From positions 3,373-67,372 of the forward strand of contig JAKPTZ010000004.1 in the NCBI GenBank assembly GCA_029555025.1: 64,000 nucleotides of DNA, given 5' to 3'. Below the pieces are notes generated by a model. It was not told the DNA's origin. It was given only the letters and a program-made list of their open reading frames with translations, and did not search any database. Below are positions 28,225 through 37,619 of the stretch, piece after piece. Every line of letters begins with the position of its first letter. Within the stretch, counting starts at the first letter, position 1. Both the position numbers and the translations under genes were made by a program. Source of the DNA: Deltaproteobacteria bacterium (GTDB taxonomy: Bacteria > Myxococcota_A > UBA9042 > DTJE01).

Positions 28225-28830
28225 ATGATGAAGAAGGTTATTGCAATTGCGGCAGGTTTTGTCGCGGTGATGTTCCTGGCGTTCGCGCCCGTGGCGGCTT
28301 CGGCCCAGGGGTGTGGCGGTTGCAAGGGTAAGGGCGCCGAGATGAAGGACGGCATGGGGCCCCATGGCCATCATCATGGCCACAAGAAGGATTTTCGCTT
28401 TTGGAAGTGCCCGAAGGCGAGTGCTGAACTGAAGCTGACGCCAGAGCAGATTAAGAAGCTGGACGCGGCGGACGAGGCTGCCGGAAAGAAGATGGATGCC
28501 ATCCGCGATCAGTTGAAGACGCTCAAGGCCCAGAAGCACGACGCGATGAAGGGACACCCGGTTGACCGGGATAAGGTGATGGGCCTGGTTGCAAAGGTCA
28601 TCGACCTTAAGTCGCAGAAGATGAAGGCCAGGGCCGAGTTCAAGCTCGAGGCGTTCGGCATCCTGACCAAGGATCAGAAGCTGAAGCTGGATTCGCTTCG
28701 CGACGAGATGATGCCAAAGGGCCCCGGCTGTGATTGCGGCGCTGGTTGCGGCTGCAAGGACGGCGACAAGGGCGACGGCAAGGCTTGCAACTGCGGCTGT
28801 GGCGGCGGATGCGGGTGCGACAAGGATTGA
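28225..28830 (+). CDS. CpxP/Spy/ZraP-family periplasmic protein (LTXXQ) with His-rich and metallothionein-like Cys-rich tails
   Basis: Signal peptide MMKKVIAIAAGFVAVMFLAFAPVAASA. Two LTxxQ motifs (LTPEQIKKL, LTKDQKLKL). HGHHHGH stretch, and C-terminal CDCGAGCGCKDGDKGDGKACNCGCGGGCGC. GGAGG RBS. Confidence 0.7.
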   Translation: MMKKVIAIAAGFVAVMFLAFAPVAASAQGCGGCKGKGAEMKDGMGPHGHHHGHKKDFRFWKCPKASAELKLTPEQIKKLDAADEAAGKKMDAIRDQLKTLKAQKHDAMKGHPVDRDKVMGLVAKVIDLKSQKMKARAEFKLEAFGILTKDQKLKLDSLRDEMMPKGPGCDCGAGCGCKDGDKGDGKACNCGCGGGCGCDKD

Positions 28831-28861
28831 TGTCGGTACGTTTCGGCGGAACCGATTCCCC

Positions 28862-29995
28862 TCATTCGACCCCGGGCGCCTTCTGATAGATGATTCTTCC
28901 CGTGATCTGGATCGGGCCTGGGTTCCCGGGCATCATGTCAACATCGATGTGGTAGATTTCGGTGCCTGGATCATGCTTGTTGCCGGCCTGATCGACGTAG
29001 GCCACCCAGAACGTATATCCCTTGCCATTGTCCTCGGGATGGAAGAACGAAATCGGTGAAGCTACAAGCTGGTGGTAGAAGTATCCCCAGACCGTCCCGA
29101 ATTCGACATCGACCTGCGGCACCAGGTTCGGATCCATGGCCGCGGAATCGTCAACGAAACGCATTTCCAGCAGCATCTTCGCGTGCCTGGTCCGGTCGGC
29201 GGTCCATCCGTCCCCGACTTCGCCCGTGCTGATGTCCCAGTGGGTATTCGAGTAGTCAATCACACCCATCTTCCGAACCGTGTTGGCTCCAGGTCCATTC
29301 GAGCCGACATCCGTCATGCCGGTAAGATCCAGCGTCGAGCCGTAAGGCTGCGGCCAGTCGATCGTTCCCTTCAGCATGCCGAAGTCCGGGTGGTACCACG
29401 CCTCGCCGTTGATGACCGTGCCATCGACGTTAGTCAATCCCGTGAACCGCGTTACCCCGTTGAAAACGCCCGCCTGGGTGACAACACGCGTATCCTTCTC
29501 GATGGCGCGGTATGTCATTGTAGTTTCAAGCTGCGTGCCGTTCGCCGGATCCGATGGGTCGCCAAGATACGCGGTTCCCTTGATCGGAACCGTCTGGTCA
29601 ACGTCAAGGGGCGGGTCAAGGTTCACAAAAACCGGTGTGTCCGTGGTTCCTGATACGAACGGGAATCCGCCGTTCTCGCCCCAGTTTATTTCCCCGCCGG
29701 CGAAGGTGACGGAATCTGGCTTCAGGTCGATGAAAGCCTTGAAGTCCGTGGAAACGCCGGTGGGATCGCGTCCAACCGCCAGAACCGTGTACTCACGACC
29801 GTTCACGACAACGGTCTCGTTCTGACGAACCGTAAGCTACATGGAGCGGCCCTGACTGTCGGTCGCCGCCAGGGTCGAAACGGTGGTCGGCGACATTGGC
29901 CCGAAGGGATCCTTTGGTCCGCCGGCTTCCTCGCCACACGCGGTCAACAGCGCAACCATCGCAAGAAACGGGACAAATCCATCTGTGAACTTCAT
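28862..29995 (-). pseudogene. Lipoprotein gene interrupted by in-frame TAG (29837-29839)
   Basis: GGAGG RBS before the ATG at 29995, then the lipoprotein signal MKFTDGFVPFLAMVALLTAC. After 52 codons an in-frame TAG occurs. The same frame continues as a 324-codon open frame (314-aa ORF from GTG at 29806) to 28862. Confidence 0.5.
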
Positions 29996-30026
29996 CGGGC
30001 CGCCTCCATTTGAAAGTACGACAGGG

Positions 30027-31577
30027 TCAAAGCGGCCACGGCACCACGCCAATTGCCGCCATCTGATCGACGTCGATTATCATGATGTCATCGGGGGGAG
30101 TCTTCTTGACGGTGTCCATGGCAACCTCGATGGCCTGATCCGGTTCGCCCGACGCAACCATGGTCGTTTCGATCGGAACAATCAGATCCTCGTTGTGCCA
30201 GGTCCTGACCCCGACAAACATGTGCCCGGGAACCAGGTAAAGAACGGCCCTCAGCCCAAGTGCCTTGAACGCGGCCGCGAACACCAGCGCCCCTTCGGCG
30301 CAGTTCGCCGTCTTCTGCGCAAGCGTTTCCGACGGATACATGATGAACTGGGAAGTGGAAAAGAAGTCGTTAGGGGCGTTGACATAGTTGACGCCCAGGG
30401 CCTTCATCGCTTTGAAAATCGCGGATGCCTGCATGGTTACCACTTCGGTGTGGGTTGCAGTCCTGACCCGGGCCACGCGTGAAGTGGCCGTGAAACGCGG
30501 CCCCCTGGAATAGACAAGGTGATAATCGATATCGGCCTCGGACTTGAATTCCATCTGGCCGGCAGCAACCGCGTCGGCCTGGGCGAAATAGACCGCCGCT
30601 TCCTGGCCGGCCTTCCATGCCGCCAGATTGGCGTCGTCCATCACCTGGAACGCGACGTCGGGGTATCCCGCCCCGGGAATCTGCATCAATCGAATCTGTA
30701 CAACGTTGTTGGCGCCAGGCCTTATTGTTTCAACGGCGAAGTCGCTTGTACGCAGCGCCTCGATTTCGGTCGGTTCAAGTGGAACGTCCTGGTAACCAAC
30801 CATTGCCTTGTCCGGCATGAAATCGGATGCGGACTTCAACAGCTTCCGAATCAGGAAATCCTTGTCGTGCGGCACGACGAAGGCGGCAAGGAAGGGCGCA
30901 AGGGGATGATTCCGCTTCATCTTTGGCTGGGACTCGTCCGGCGCCTCGTTCGGGAACGACCAGAACATGCTGTTCTTGCTGGCAAGCTTGATCGGCCTGG
31001 TTTCCTCGAAAATCATCGAGTTCGCGGTCTTGATGCTGACGTTGACCGCGGACGGGGTGCTGGTGGTTATTCGCGACAGCGCCGCGAAGTCGAGCGTGGG
31101 CGTCAGACGGATCACCCGGCTCTCGCCCGGAAGAAGATTGATGGTCGATTTGCCGGCGGCGCTGAATCCGGGGATATCAACGTGGCACGAAAGGGGAACC
31201 CGGTCGCTGTCGGAAAGGTTGCGGGCCTTCACGGAAACAAGAGGAACGTCGTTCAGCGGGCCGGAGCCCAGCAGGTGTGCGATGAAAGTCGGAAAGATGT
31301 CACCAACAAGACCGGTGTAATCGACAGTCACATCGACGGCGCCATCGACGCAGCGACCGGTAACGCATGCCGCTCCACGCCTGCACTGACCGCAGGCCCC
31401 TCCGCACCCGTCCGGTCCGCACGTCCGCCCGTCGCATGACGGAATGCAACTGGCGACGGACTGGCCTGCGGTTCTGGCTGCCTCCGGGCGGGGCGACTCG
31501 CCGGACGATGCCATCGCCGGAAGAATAAACGCCACGACCAGGAACGACGCACAGAGTGCGAAACGGATGTTTTTCAT
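30027..31577 (-). CDS. Secreted hypothetical protein with N-terminal Cys-rich module (paralogous to module in the HEXXH protease)
   Basis: Signal peptide MKNIRFALCASFLVVAFILPAMA. Module CDGRTCGPDGCGGACGQCRRGAAC, similar to the protease module at 4761-6386. No catalytic motif recognised. Confidence 0.6.
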   Translation of the reverse strand: MKNIRFALCASFLVVAFILPAMASSGESPRPEAARTAGQSVASCIPSCDGRTCGPDGCGGACGQCRRGAACVTGRCVDGAVDVTVDYTGLVGDIFPTFIAHLLGSGPLNDVPLVSVKARNLSDSDRVPLSCHVDIPGFSAAGKSTINLLPGESRVIRLTPTLDFAALSRITTSTPSAVNVSIKTANSMIFEETRPIKLASKNSMFWSFPNEAPDESQPKMKRNHPLAPFLAAFVVPHDKDFLIRKLLKSASDFMPDKAMVGYQDVPLEPTEIEALRTSDFAVETIRPGANNVVQIRLMQIPGAGYPDVAFQVMDDANLAAWKAGQEAAVYFAQADAVAAGQMEFKSEADIDYHLVYSRGPRFTATSRVARVRTATHTEVVTMQASAIFKAMKALGVNYVNAPNDFFSTSQFIMYPSETLAQKTANCAEGALVFAAAFKALGLRAVLYLVPGHMFVGVRTWHNEDLIVPIETTMVASGEPDQAIEVAMDTVKKTPPDDIMIIDVDQMAAIGVVPWPL

Positions 31578-31738
31578 ACGGAAGAACCTCATGCCCATAA
31601 ATACAATCGACTTGAAAAGCGCTGATGGCAGGCCGGATTGTACCAGCCCACAGCCTGGTTGACAACAGACGGGCAGCCGGGACGACGAGGGCTTCCAGCC
31701 AATGAAAAGTGAGGGTGTGACCCCAACGAACTTCCGAC

Positions 31739-31767
31739 TTGCCGCGTCGAATCAACGCTGGTATCAT
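31739..31767 (+). promoter_or_regulatory. Sigma70-like promoter TTGCCG-17-TATCAT upstream of tRNA-Pro
   Basis: TTGCCG at 31739-31744, a 17-nt spacer, then TATCAT at 31762-31767. The tRNA 5' end is 15 nt downstream. Confidence 0.5.
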
Positions 31768-31781
31768 CCACCTGCTTTTTA

Positions 31782-31860
31782 CGGGGCGTAGCGCAGCCTG
31801 GTTTAGCGCACTTGACTGGGGGTCAAGGAGTCGCTGGTTCGAATCCAGTCGCCCCGACCA
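31782..31860 (+). tRNA. tRNA-Pro (anticodon GGG), CCA encoded
   Basis: Manual cloverleaf. Acceptor CGGGGCG/CGCCCCG, U8A9, D-stem GCGC/GCGC. Anticodon stem CTTGA/TCAAG with loop CTGGGGG (anticodon GGG). T-arm GCTGG-TTCGAAT-CCAGT. Discriminator A plus CCA. Confidence 0.85.
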
Positions 31861-32175
31861 ATTCAATTGTTGTCGTTTTCGCGTTGCCTGGTCGTGTTGT
31901 GGACTGACGGCCGGGTACTGTCGGGCACTTCGGCCGGTTCTGCGGCGCCTCGTTTCCCCGGTCGGTCTCGCGATCCGACGGAACCTGGGGTCAAAGTCCG
32001 CGCGTAACCACGCTCCATGTCCAACATTTATTGAAGTCAGTCTCGCCTGGCAGCCATCACCTGGATTCGGATAAGAATTTGAATTTACGCGGTTTGTTTC
32101 GAGACTGACGGCCTGCGAAAGTGAACGGCACGGTTCCTGTAACGTCAGCATCCGACTCAATCGGACGGTGCGGCA

Positions 32176-32838
32176 ATGAATGACGTGAATGAATCAAGTT
32201 CAAGTTGGTCCGACAGCAGGCTTATCGCAAGCGTGATTTCGGACGGACGGTGTGGCAGGGAAGCAATCAGGAGGGCCGATGAACTGCTGCGGGGGTACGG
32301 CTCGGCAAGGCTTGTCGTGGCCGCCGTTGACGCCTCAGGCCGTCCGGTCGGGCACAGGCTGACACCTGCCGAGCAGCGGCGCCTTGCGGACGCTCGCGAG
32401 CTTGCAAGGCGCCTTCTGGCGGCCGAGATTTCAGACGGAACGAACCGGGTTTCCACTCCGGCGGAGGTCGCCTCGTGGGCAGGGCGGCTCGCTTTCTGTC
32501 GGGAGGAAGTGTTGATGGTTGTCGGGCTCGACACCAGGAACAGGGTCGCCGGTTCGTGGGAAATTGCGCGCGGCTGGGAGGCCGGTATCAACATACATCC
32601 ACGCCAGATATTCTCGCTGCTTATCCGTGAATCGGTCGGGCGGTGCGTGCTGGTGCACAACCACCCGTCCGGAAACCCCGAGCCCAGCGACGAGGACATC
32701 CGGTTCACCCGGACCATTATCGATGCCGGAAGGCTGCTTGGCGTCGACGTGCTGGATCATGTTGTGGTTGCCGCGTCCGGATTTTTCAGCATGCGCGCCG
32801 ATTGCGTCAATCTTGAATTCGGGCGGTGTTCAAGCTAG
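32176..32838 (+). CDS. RadC-like JAB-domain protein (UPF0758)
   Basis: JAMM-like motif HNHPSGNPEPSDEDIRFT and a RadC-family N-terminal HhH-like region. Confidence 0.85.
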   Translation: MNDVNESSSSWSDSRLIASVISDGRCGREAIRRADELLRGYGSARLVVAAVDASGRPVGHRLTPAEQRRLADARELARRLLAAEISDGTNRVSTPAEVASWAGRLAFCREEVLMVVGLDTRNRVAGSWEIARGWEAGINIHPRQIFSLLIRESVGRCVLVHNHPSGNPEPSDEDIRFTRTIIDAGRLLGVDVLDHVVVAASGFFSMRADCVNLEFGRCSS

Positions 32839-32943
32839 CATCGTCGCGCGCCGGAACGGGTTGCACGCGTTTCGGCAAGCGACGTCCAGCCGGGAATCCC
32901 GCAGGGTCGGGCAGGCCGGACATTCAGCCAGCGGGGGCCGCCA

Positions 32944-33552
32944 ATGAAAGGTATCCTGGTAATCATCAGCGCGCCGTCGGGCGCCGGCAAGTCAACCATC
33001 ATCCGGCAGATTCTTGGGAACGATCCAAACTGTCGCTTCGCCATTTCGCATACGACCCGCCAGCCAAGGGCAGGGGAGAAGGACGGCGTCGATTACTACT
33101 TCGTCGGCAGGGATGAGTTTCAGTCCATGGTGGCGAACGACAGGTTCGCGGAATGGGCCGTGGTCCATTCGAATTTTTATGGTACTTCGCTGGCCGAGGT
33201 CGAGCGGCTTTCAAGCCAGGGCATCGATGTCGTGTTCGAGGTCGATTACCAGGGCGGGCGGGCCCTTATGCGCCGTTTCCCGGATGCGGCAAGCATCTTC
33301 GTATTGCCACCGTCGATGGCCGAGGTGAAGCGGCGCCTGACCGATCGCGGCACGGACGATGCCGAAACCATCGAGATGCGCCTGCAGAACGCAAGGATTG
33401 AGATTGCGACCGCCGGGGAATACCGGTACATCGTCGTCAACGATGATCTGGATCGGGCGGTTTCCCAGGTCGGCGACGTGATAAGGGTCGAAAGACTGCG
33501 GTCGATAAACCGCGCGGCGATGATTCGCGACCTTGTCGCCGAGAAGGTTTAG
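32944..33552 (+). CDS. gmk: Guanylate kinase
   Basis: P-loop SAPSGAGKST, and full-length similarity to the Gmk family across 202 aa. Confidence 0.9.
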   Translation: MKGILVIISAPSGAGKSTIIRQILGNDPNCRFAISHTTRQPRAGEKDGVDYYFVGRDEFQSMVANDRFAEWAVVHSNFYGTSLAEVERLSSQGIDVVFEVDYQGGRALMRRFPDAASIFVLPPSMAEVKRRLTDRGTDDAETIEMRLQNARIEIATAGEYRYIVVNDDLDRAVSQVGDVIRVERLRSINRAAMIRDLVAEKV

Positions 33553-33572
33553 CGGGCGAATTTGATTGGAGC

Positions 33573-33596
33573 GGGCGAATTTTCATTCGCCCTTAC
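33573..33596 (+). repeat. REP-like element type A (GGGCGAAT-TTTC-ATTCGCCC-TTAC) flanked by two partial copies
   Basis: Located between gmk and gltX. A half copy GGGCGAAT lies at 33553-33560. A degenerate hairpin GGGCGAAT-CAT-ATTCGGCC lies at 33609-33627. Confidence 0.65.
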
Positions 33597-33650
33597 AGAT
33601 CGGGGAGCGGGCGAATCATATTCGGCCGTTTTTGTGTTTCAGGAGGTTCA

Positions 33651-35108
33651 ATGTCCGACAAACCAGTCCGTGTACGAATCGCACCCAGCCCGACCGGCGA
33701 CCCCCATGTGGGAACCGCTTACGTCGGCCTGATCAATTACGCATTTGCCCGCCAGAACGGCGGACAGTTCATCCTGCGCATCGAAGACACCGATCAGGAG
33801 AGATCGACACGGGCCAGCGAACAGGCGATTTTCGACGCGCTGCGCTGGGTCGGCCTGTCGTGGGACGAAGGCCCCGACGTTGGCGGACCCTTGGGGCCAT
33901 ACCGGCAGTCCGAGCGGACCGAAATCTACCGGAAACACGTTCGCGACTTGATTGATCTTGGTTTCGCGTACCCCTGTTTCTGCACGCCGGAAGAACTGAA
34001 CGCGATCAGGCTTCGCCAGCGCGACCTGAAGCAGAACACCGGCTATGACGGCACTTGTCGCCACATTCCGAAGGACGAGGCAATCCGTCGGATGGACGCG
34101 GGCGAGACCTGTGTCATCAGGCTGAAGGTTCCAGAAGGAAAGACCGTCGTTCACGACAGGCTTCGGGGGGATGTCGAGATCGAGAACAGCCAGGTTGACG
34201 ACCAGATTCTGCTGAAGTCCGACGGCTTTCCAACGTACCACCTGGCGAACGTGGTTGACGACCACCTGATGGGGATTACCCACGTCATACGCGCCGAGGA
34301 GTGGATTTCAAGCACGCCGAAGCACCTGATGCTTTACGAGGCCTTTGGCTGGGAGCCGCCGACCTTCGTGCATCTGCCGCTGCTGCGGAATCACGACAAG
34401 TCCAAGATTTCCAAGCGCAAGAACCCTGTTTCCCTGCTTTATTTCAAGCAGATCGGGATCCTGCCCGAAGCGATGCTGAACTTCCTTGCAATGCTCGGGC
34501 ATTCGATGCCGGACGAGCGCGAAAAGTTCACCCTGACCGAGTTCGTCAACGAATTCAGTTTTGATCGGATCAGCCTGGGCGGGCCGGTGTTCGACCTGGA
34601 GAAGCTGATCTGGTTGAACGGCGTTCACATCCGCGAGATGGATGACGACGAACTTGCGCGCAGGATCGTGGGGCTGATGTTCACGCCCGAGGCGATGAAG
34701 CCTTTGATTCCGCTCATCAAGGAACGAATCCGGACACTTGGCGATTATCCGGAACATGTTTCGTACTTCAATGCGCCCCAAATCGATGTGCCCCTGATTG
34801 ATATCTGGAAGGCAGGGAAGGGCATGACGACCGCTCAGATCGCCAAGATGCTCAAGGAGACCGTCGAGTTCCTGGACGGAATCCGCGAGTTCGATGCCCG
34901 GTGGCTTGAAGAAGGACTGAGAACCTTTTGCGAGCAGAAGGAGTACCAGGTCAAGACGCTGTTCATGATGCTGCGCCTGTGCATCACCGGCCGCAAGGCG
35001 ACCCCGCCGCTGTTCGATGTCTTCGTCGTGCTCGGAAAGGCCGCTGTCGGCCAGAGAATCAGGGCCGCCGCCGATGCCATCGCCGCCTGGAAGCCGCCAG
35101 CCGCCTGA
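33651..35108 (+). CDS. gltX: Glutamyl-tRNA synthetase
   Basis: HIGH-type motif (PHVGTA) and KISKR (KMSKS). Class I catalytic core plus anticodon-binding domain. 485 aa. Confidence 0.9.
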   Translation: MSDKPVRVRIAPSPTGDPHVGTAYVGLINYAFARQNGGQFILRIEDTDQERSTRASEQAIFDALRWVGLSWDEGPDVGGPLGPYRQSERTEIYRKHVRDLIDLGFAYPCFCTPEELNAIRLRQRDLKQNTGYDGTCRHIPKDEAIRRMDAGETCVIRLKVPEGKTVVHDRLRGDVEIENSQVDDQILLKSDGFPTYHLANVVDDHLMGITHVIRAEEWISSTPKHLMLYEAFGWEPPTFVHLPLLRNHDKSKISKRKNPVSLLYFKQIGILPEAMLNFLAMLGHSMPDEREKFTLTEFVNEFSFDRISLGGPVFDLEKLIWLNGVHIREMDDDELARRIVGLMFTPEAMKPLIPLIKERIRTLGDYPEHVSYFNAPQIDVPLIDIWKAGKGMTTAQIAKMLKETVEFLDGIREFDARWLEEGLRTFCEQKEYQVKTLFMMLRLCITGRKATPPLFDVFVVLGKAAVGQRIRAAADAIAAWKPPAA

Positions 35109-35120
35109 AAATCCGCCAGA

Positions 35121-35540
35121 TTACACCAGTTCGGATTCCGAAAAGAAAAAGGCGGTCTCAAATGCGGCCGAGTCCGGGCAGTCCGATCCGTGAACCGCGT
35201 TGTGACGGATGCTTTCGCCAAAGGCGCCACGAATCGTCTCGGGCCCGCATTCGGCTGGATCTGTCGGCCCGATCATCTGACGCCACCTGCTGATTGCGCT
35301 TTCGCCCTCGATCAGCATGACGACCACGGGGCCGGATAGCATCATTTCGCAAAGCAGCGGAAAGAAGTACTTGTCGTTGTGAACGTAATAAAAGCGTTCA
35401 ACCTGGGATGCCGTCAGCCGCAGCATCTTCATGCCGGCAAGCGTAAGACCGCTCTTTTCGATGCACTGGATGATTTCGCCGACATGATGGTTTTCAAAGG
35501 CGTCGGGCTTAATGATGGCCAGGGTTCGTTCAATAGTCAT
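35121..35540 (-). CDS. ndk: Nucleoside diphosphate kinase
   Basis: Conserved NDK core (ERTLAIIKPDA, active-site NAVHGSD). ATG at 35540 gives the canonical length of about 140 aa. Confidence 0.9.
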   Translation of the reverse strand: MTIERTLAIIKPDAFENHHVGEIIQCIEKSGLTLAGMKMLRLTASQVERFYYVHNDKYFFPLLCEMMLSGPVVVMLIEGESAISRWRQMIGPTDPAECGPETIRGAFGESIRHNAVHGSDCPDSAAFETAFFFSESELV

Positions 35541-35568
35541 ATCAGGCCCCCAACAGGTTGAAGCACCA

Positions 35569-36606
35569 TTATATGCCCAGAATCCACTCCAGGTCTTCAA
35601 TGAAAATCACGCTTAACAGATCATAAACGTCGCCCGAGGCCTTGAAAAGCACCCTATCAGACCTTACGGCAACACTGTTTTCGTTTATCGCCGCCTCGGC
35701 ATCCGAAAAGAATTCCGGGGGCACATCCGGTCGCGCGCCGGCCTTGCGCCAAGACGTCAGAACCTTGTCACGCCAGCCCTTTTCAACGGCGGCCCGCAGT
35801 GTCTGCGCGGTGTCGGGATCGCTGGCAATCGAGGATACCAGAAGGCCGTCACGGCCCCCGAAAACAGCCGTTCCACGGCAGATTGCCTTGTCGCACCAAC
35901 CCGGATCCATGCCGGGGAAGAAGAGGGCGAAGTCCCGCCATCCGTCGTCGGCAATCAGGTCGGCAAAGACGTTGCGATCCCTGGAAAAGAGCATCCCAAG
36001 GCTGGGTTGAGAGGCGCGAAACAGAGTCAGTGCCTGGATTACCGAGTTCTGGTCGCCCGAGACCAGGCGTCCCTCGACGGCGCCCGTTGAAATAAGGGCG
36101 CTTCGGCGGAACACAATAGGTCCGGAATACGGTCCAACCGACCAGATCGCGGATTCGGCAGGTGAAGATATGTCCGAACCGGCGGCGCAGACCAGGAAAC
36201 GGCCGCTGTCGCCCAGCCCGGCAAGCAGGCACGGGCCCGAGGTCTTGTCCAGGTCGATTCCATACAGGTCAATTAAACGCTTCCGGATGTCGTGGTGGTC
36301 GCGGGAACGAACCAGCTTGGGGGCGTTGCGGGCGACCTTGTGAAGGGTTTCGCGCACCCGCTCGACCTCGAAGACGGCAACCCACGTCGCGTCGGACGGA
36401 ATCATGTTGCCCAGCTGGACCACGACGTCCCTGCGGGTCGGAGTCCGCGCCGGCTGCGCCGCCGTATCACCGACCGAACCGGTGGACACCGCGGGCGCCG
36501 ATGCCGGATCCGGCTTGGAGCCGCAACCGCAGCCGTCGCAACCGTTGATGAAGAACATGGCGCCAGCAAGGCCAGAAATTGCACAAAGCAAAATACGACG
36601 GTTCAT
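35569..36606 (-). CDS. Hypothetical lipoprotein
   Basis: Lipoprotein signal LLCAISGLAGAMFFINGC. No recognised catalytic motif. GGGGGGAG RBS. Confidence 0.55.
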   Translation of the reverse strand: MNRRILLCAISGLAGAMFFINGCDGCGCGSKPDPASAPAVSTGSVGDTAAQPARTPTRRDVVVQLGNMIPSDATWVAVFEVERVRETLHKVARNAPKLVRSRDHHDIRKRLIDLYGIDLDKTSGPCLLAGLGDSGRFLVCAAGSDISSPAESAIWSVGPYSGPIVFRRSALISTGAVEGRLVSGDQNSVIQALTLFRASQPSLGMLFSRDRNVFADLIADDGWRDFALFFPGMDPGWCDKAICRGTAVFGGRDGLLVSSIASDPDTAQTLRAAVEKGWRDKVLTSWRKAGARPDVPPEFFSDAEAAINENSVAVRSDRVLFKASGDVYDLLSVIFIEDLEWILGI

Positions 36607-37544
36607 CGGGCTCCCCCCAAATCAGCGGGAATGTGTAAAGGATACCTGCGCGTAAGCGCGCGTCCAAGGTAAAAAGCCCCAACACCAAGCGCGGCACCAG
36701 CAAAAAGATCGATAACGTAGTGATATTGCAGATAAACTGTCGAAAAAACAAGCGCGGCGCACCAGGGCGCGACAGCAATGCCCCAGCGCCTGGAAAAGGC
36801 GAACATCGAAAGCGTCACGTAAATGGCGCCCGCAGTGTGGCCACTTGGAAAACAGTCGAATTTCAGCCCCTCGACCGAGTGGATTGAGTGCCTGATCAGG
36901 TCGGTAAGCCAGAGCCCCTCGACCCGCGTGTGCAGGCCAATCCGGGCGGCGTATTCCGGAAGATCCGCGATGATATAGGGCGACCGCGCCGGAACGAGCG
37001 TATAACCGATGAACTGGAGCCAGAAAAGGCAGGCAATACCAGTCAGATAGGCCATGAATTCGGAATAGCGCCGCCGAAACAGGAAAATGAAGCCCAGCAT
37101 GAAAAGCGGATAGTAAAGCGCATAGACGATCTGGAGGCCCTCGACGACGAAAGGATTCAGAAAATCCTGAAGAACAGCGTTGGGATTGGCGCCGAAAAAC
37201 ATCAGGCGGTCAATTTCCATCAAGGCGGCCTCGGCCCGGAACGGATTGATGAACTCAATCACGTGCCCAAGGGCCATGAAGGCGAATGGAAACGCGACGT
37301 AAAGAAACACTGCGCGGATGAACATTCTCAAGCCGAACGGTGACGGAGATCGATCGAGAATCCGGACGGCCGCCATGTAGCAGACAAGAATGGTTGCAAA
37401 TCGAATTGCCGGTTCGGTTCCCGAGGGTATCCGACCCGAAAAGGCCGCTGAGAGAACCAGGAAAAAAACCATGCAGCCCATGACTGCGAAGTCCATGATC
37501 TCAAAGCCATATCGAGGATGACTTGAAGCGGTTCCCCTTGTCAT
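36603..37544 (-). CDS. PAP2-superfamily integral membrane phosphatase
   Basis: Multiple TM helices. PAP2 signature motifs PSGH (FPSGHTAG) and SR....H...D-like YHYVIDL. Start codon uncertain; an internal ATG is also possible. Confidence 0.7.
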   Translation of the reverse strand: MTRGTASSHPRYGFEIMDFAVMGCMVFFLVLSAAFSGRIPSGTEPAIRFATILVCYMAAVRILDRSPSPFGLRMFIRAVFLYVAFPFAFMALGHVIEFINPFRAEAALMEIDRLMFFGANPNAVLQDFLNPFVVEGLQIVYALYYPLFMLGFIFLFRRRYSEFMAYLTGIACLFWLQFIGYTLVPARSPYIIADLPEYAARIGLHTRVEGLWLTDLIRHSIHSVEGLKFDCFPSGHTAGAIYVTLSMFAFSRRWGIAVAPWCAALVFSTVYLQYHYVIDLFAGAALGVGAFYLGRALTRRYPLHIPADLGGAR

Positions 37545-37619
37545 TGTTCACCAGATAAGCAACGTCTGATAAGACATATTATGTCAACTCGCGTATCATG
37601 GGAGGTTGGCTCGCGCCCC

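Noticed and set aside
29837-29839. TAG as a pyrrolysine codon
   Set aside because: No pylTSBCD-like genes are seen and TAG is used as a stop elsewhere in the window. A pseudogene or sequencing error is more parsimonious.
31300-32160. 286-aa ORF on the minus strand
   Set aside because: It spans the tRNA-Pro gene and its promoter. It has an Arg-rich nonsense composition.
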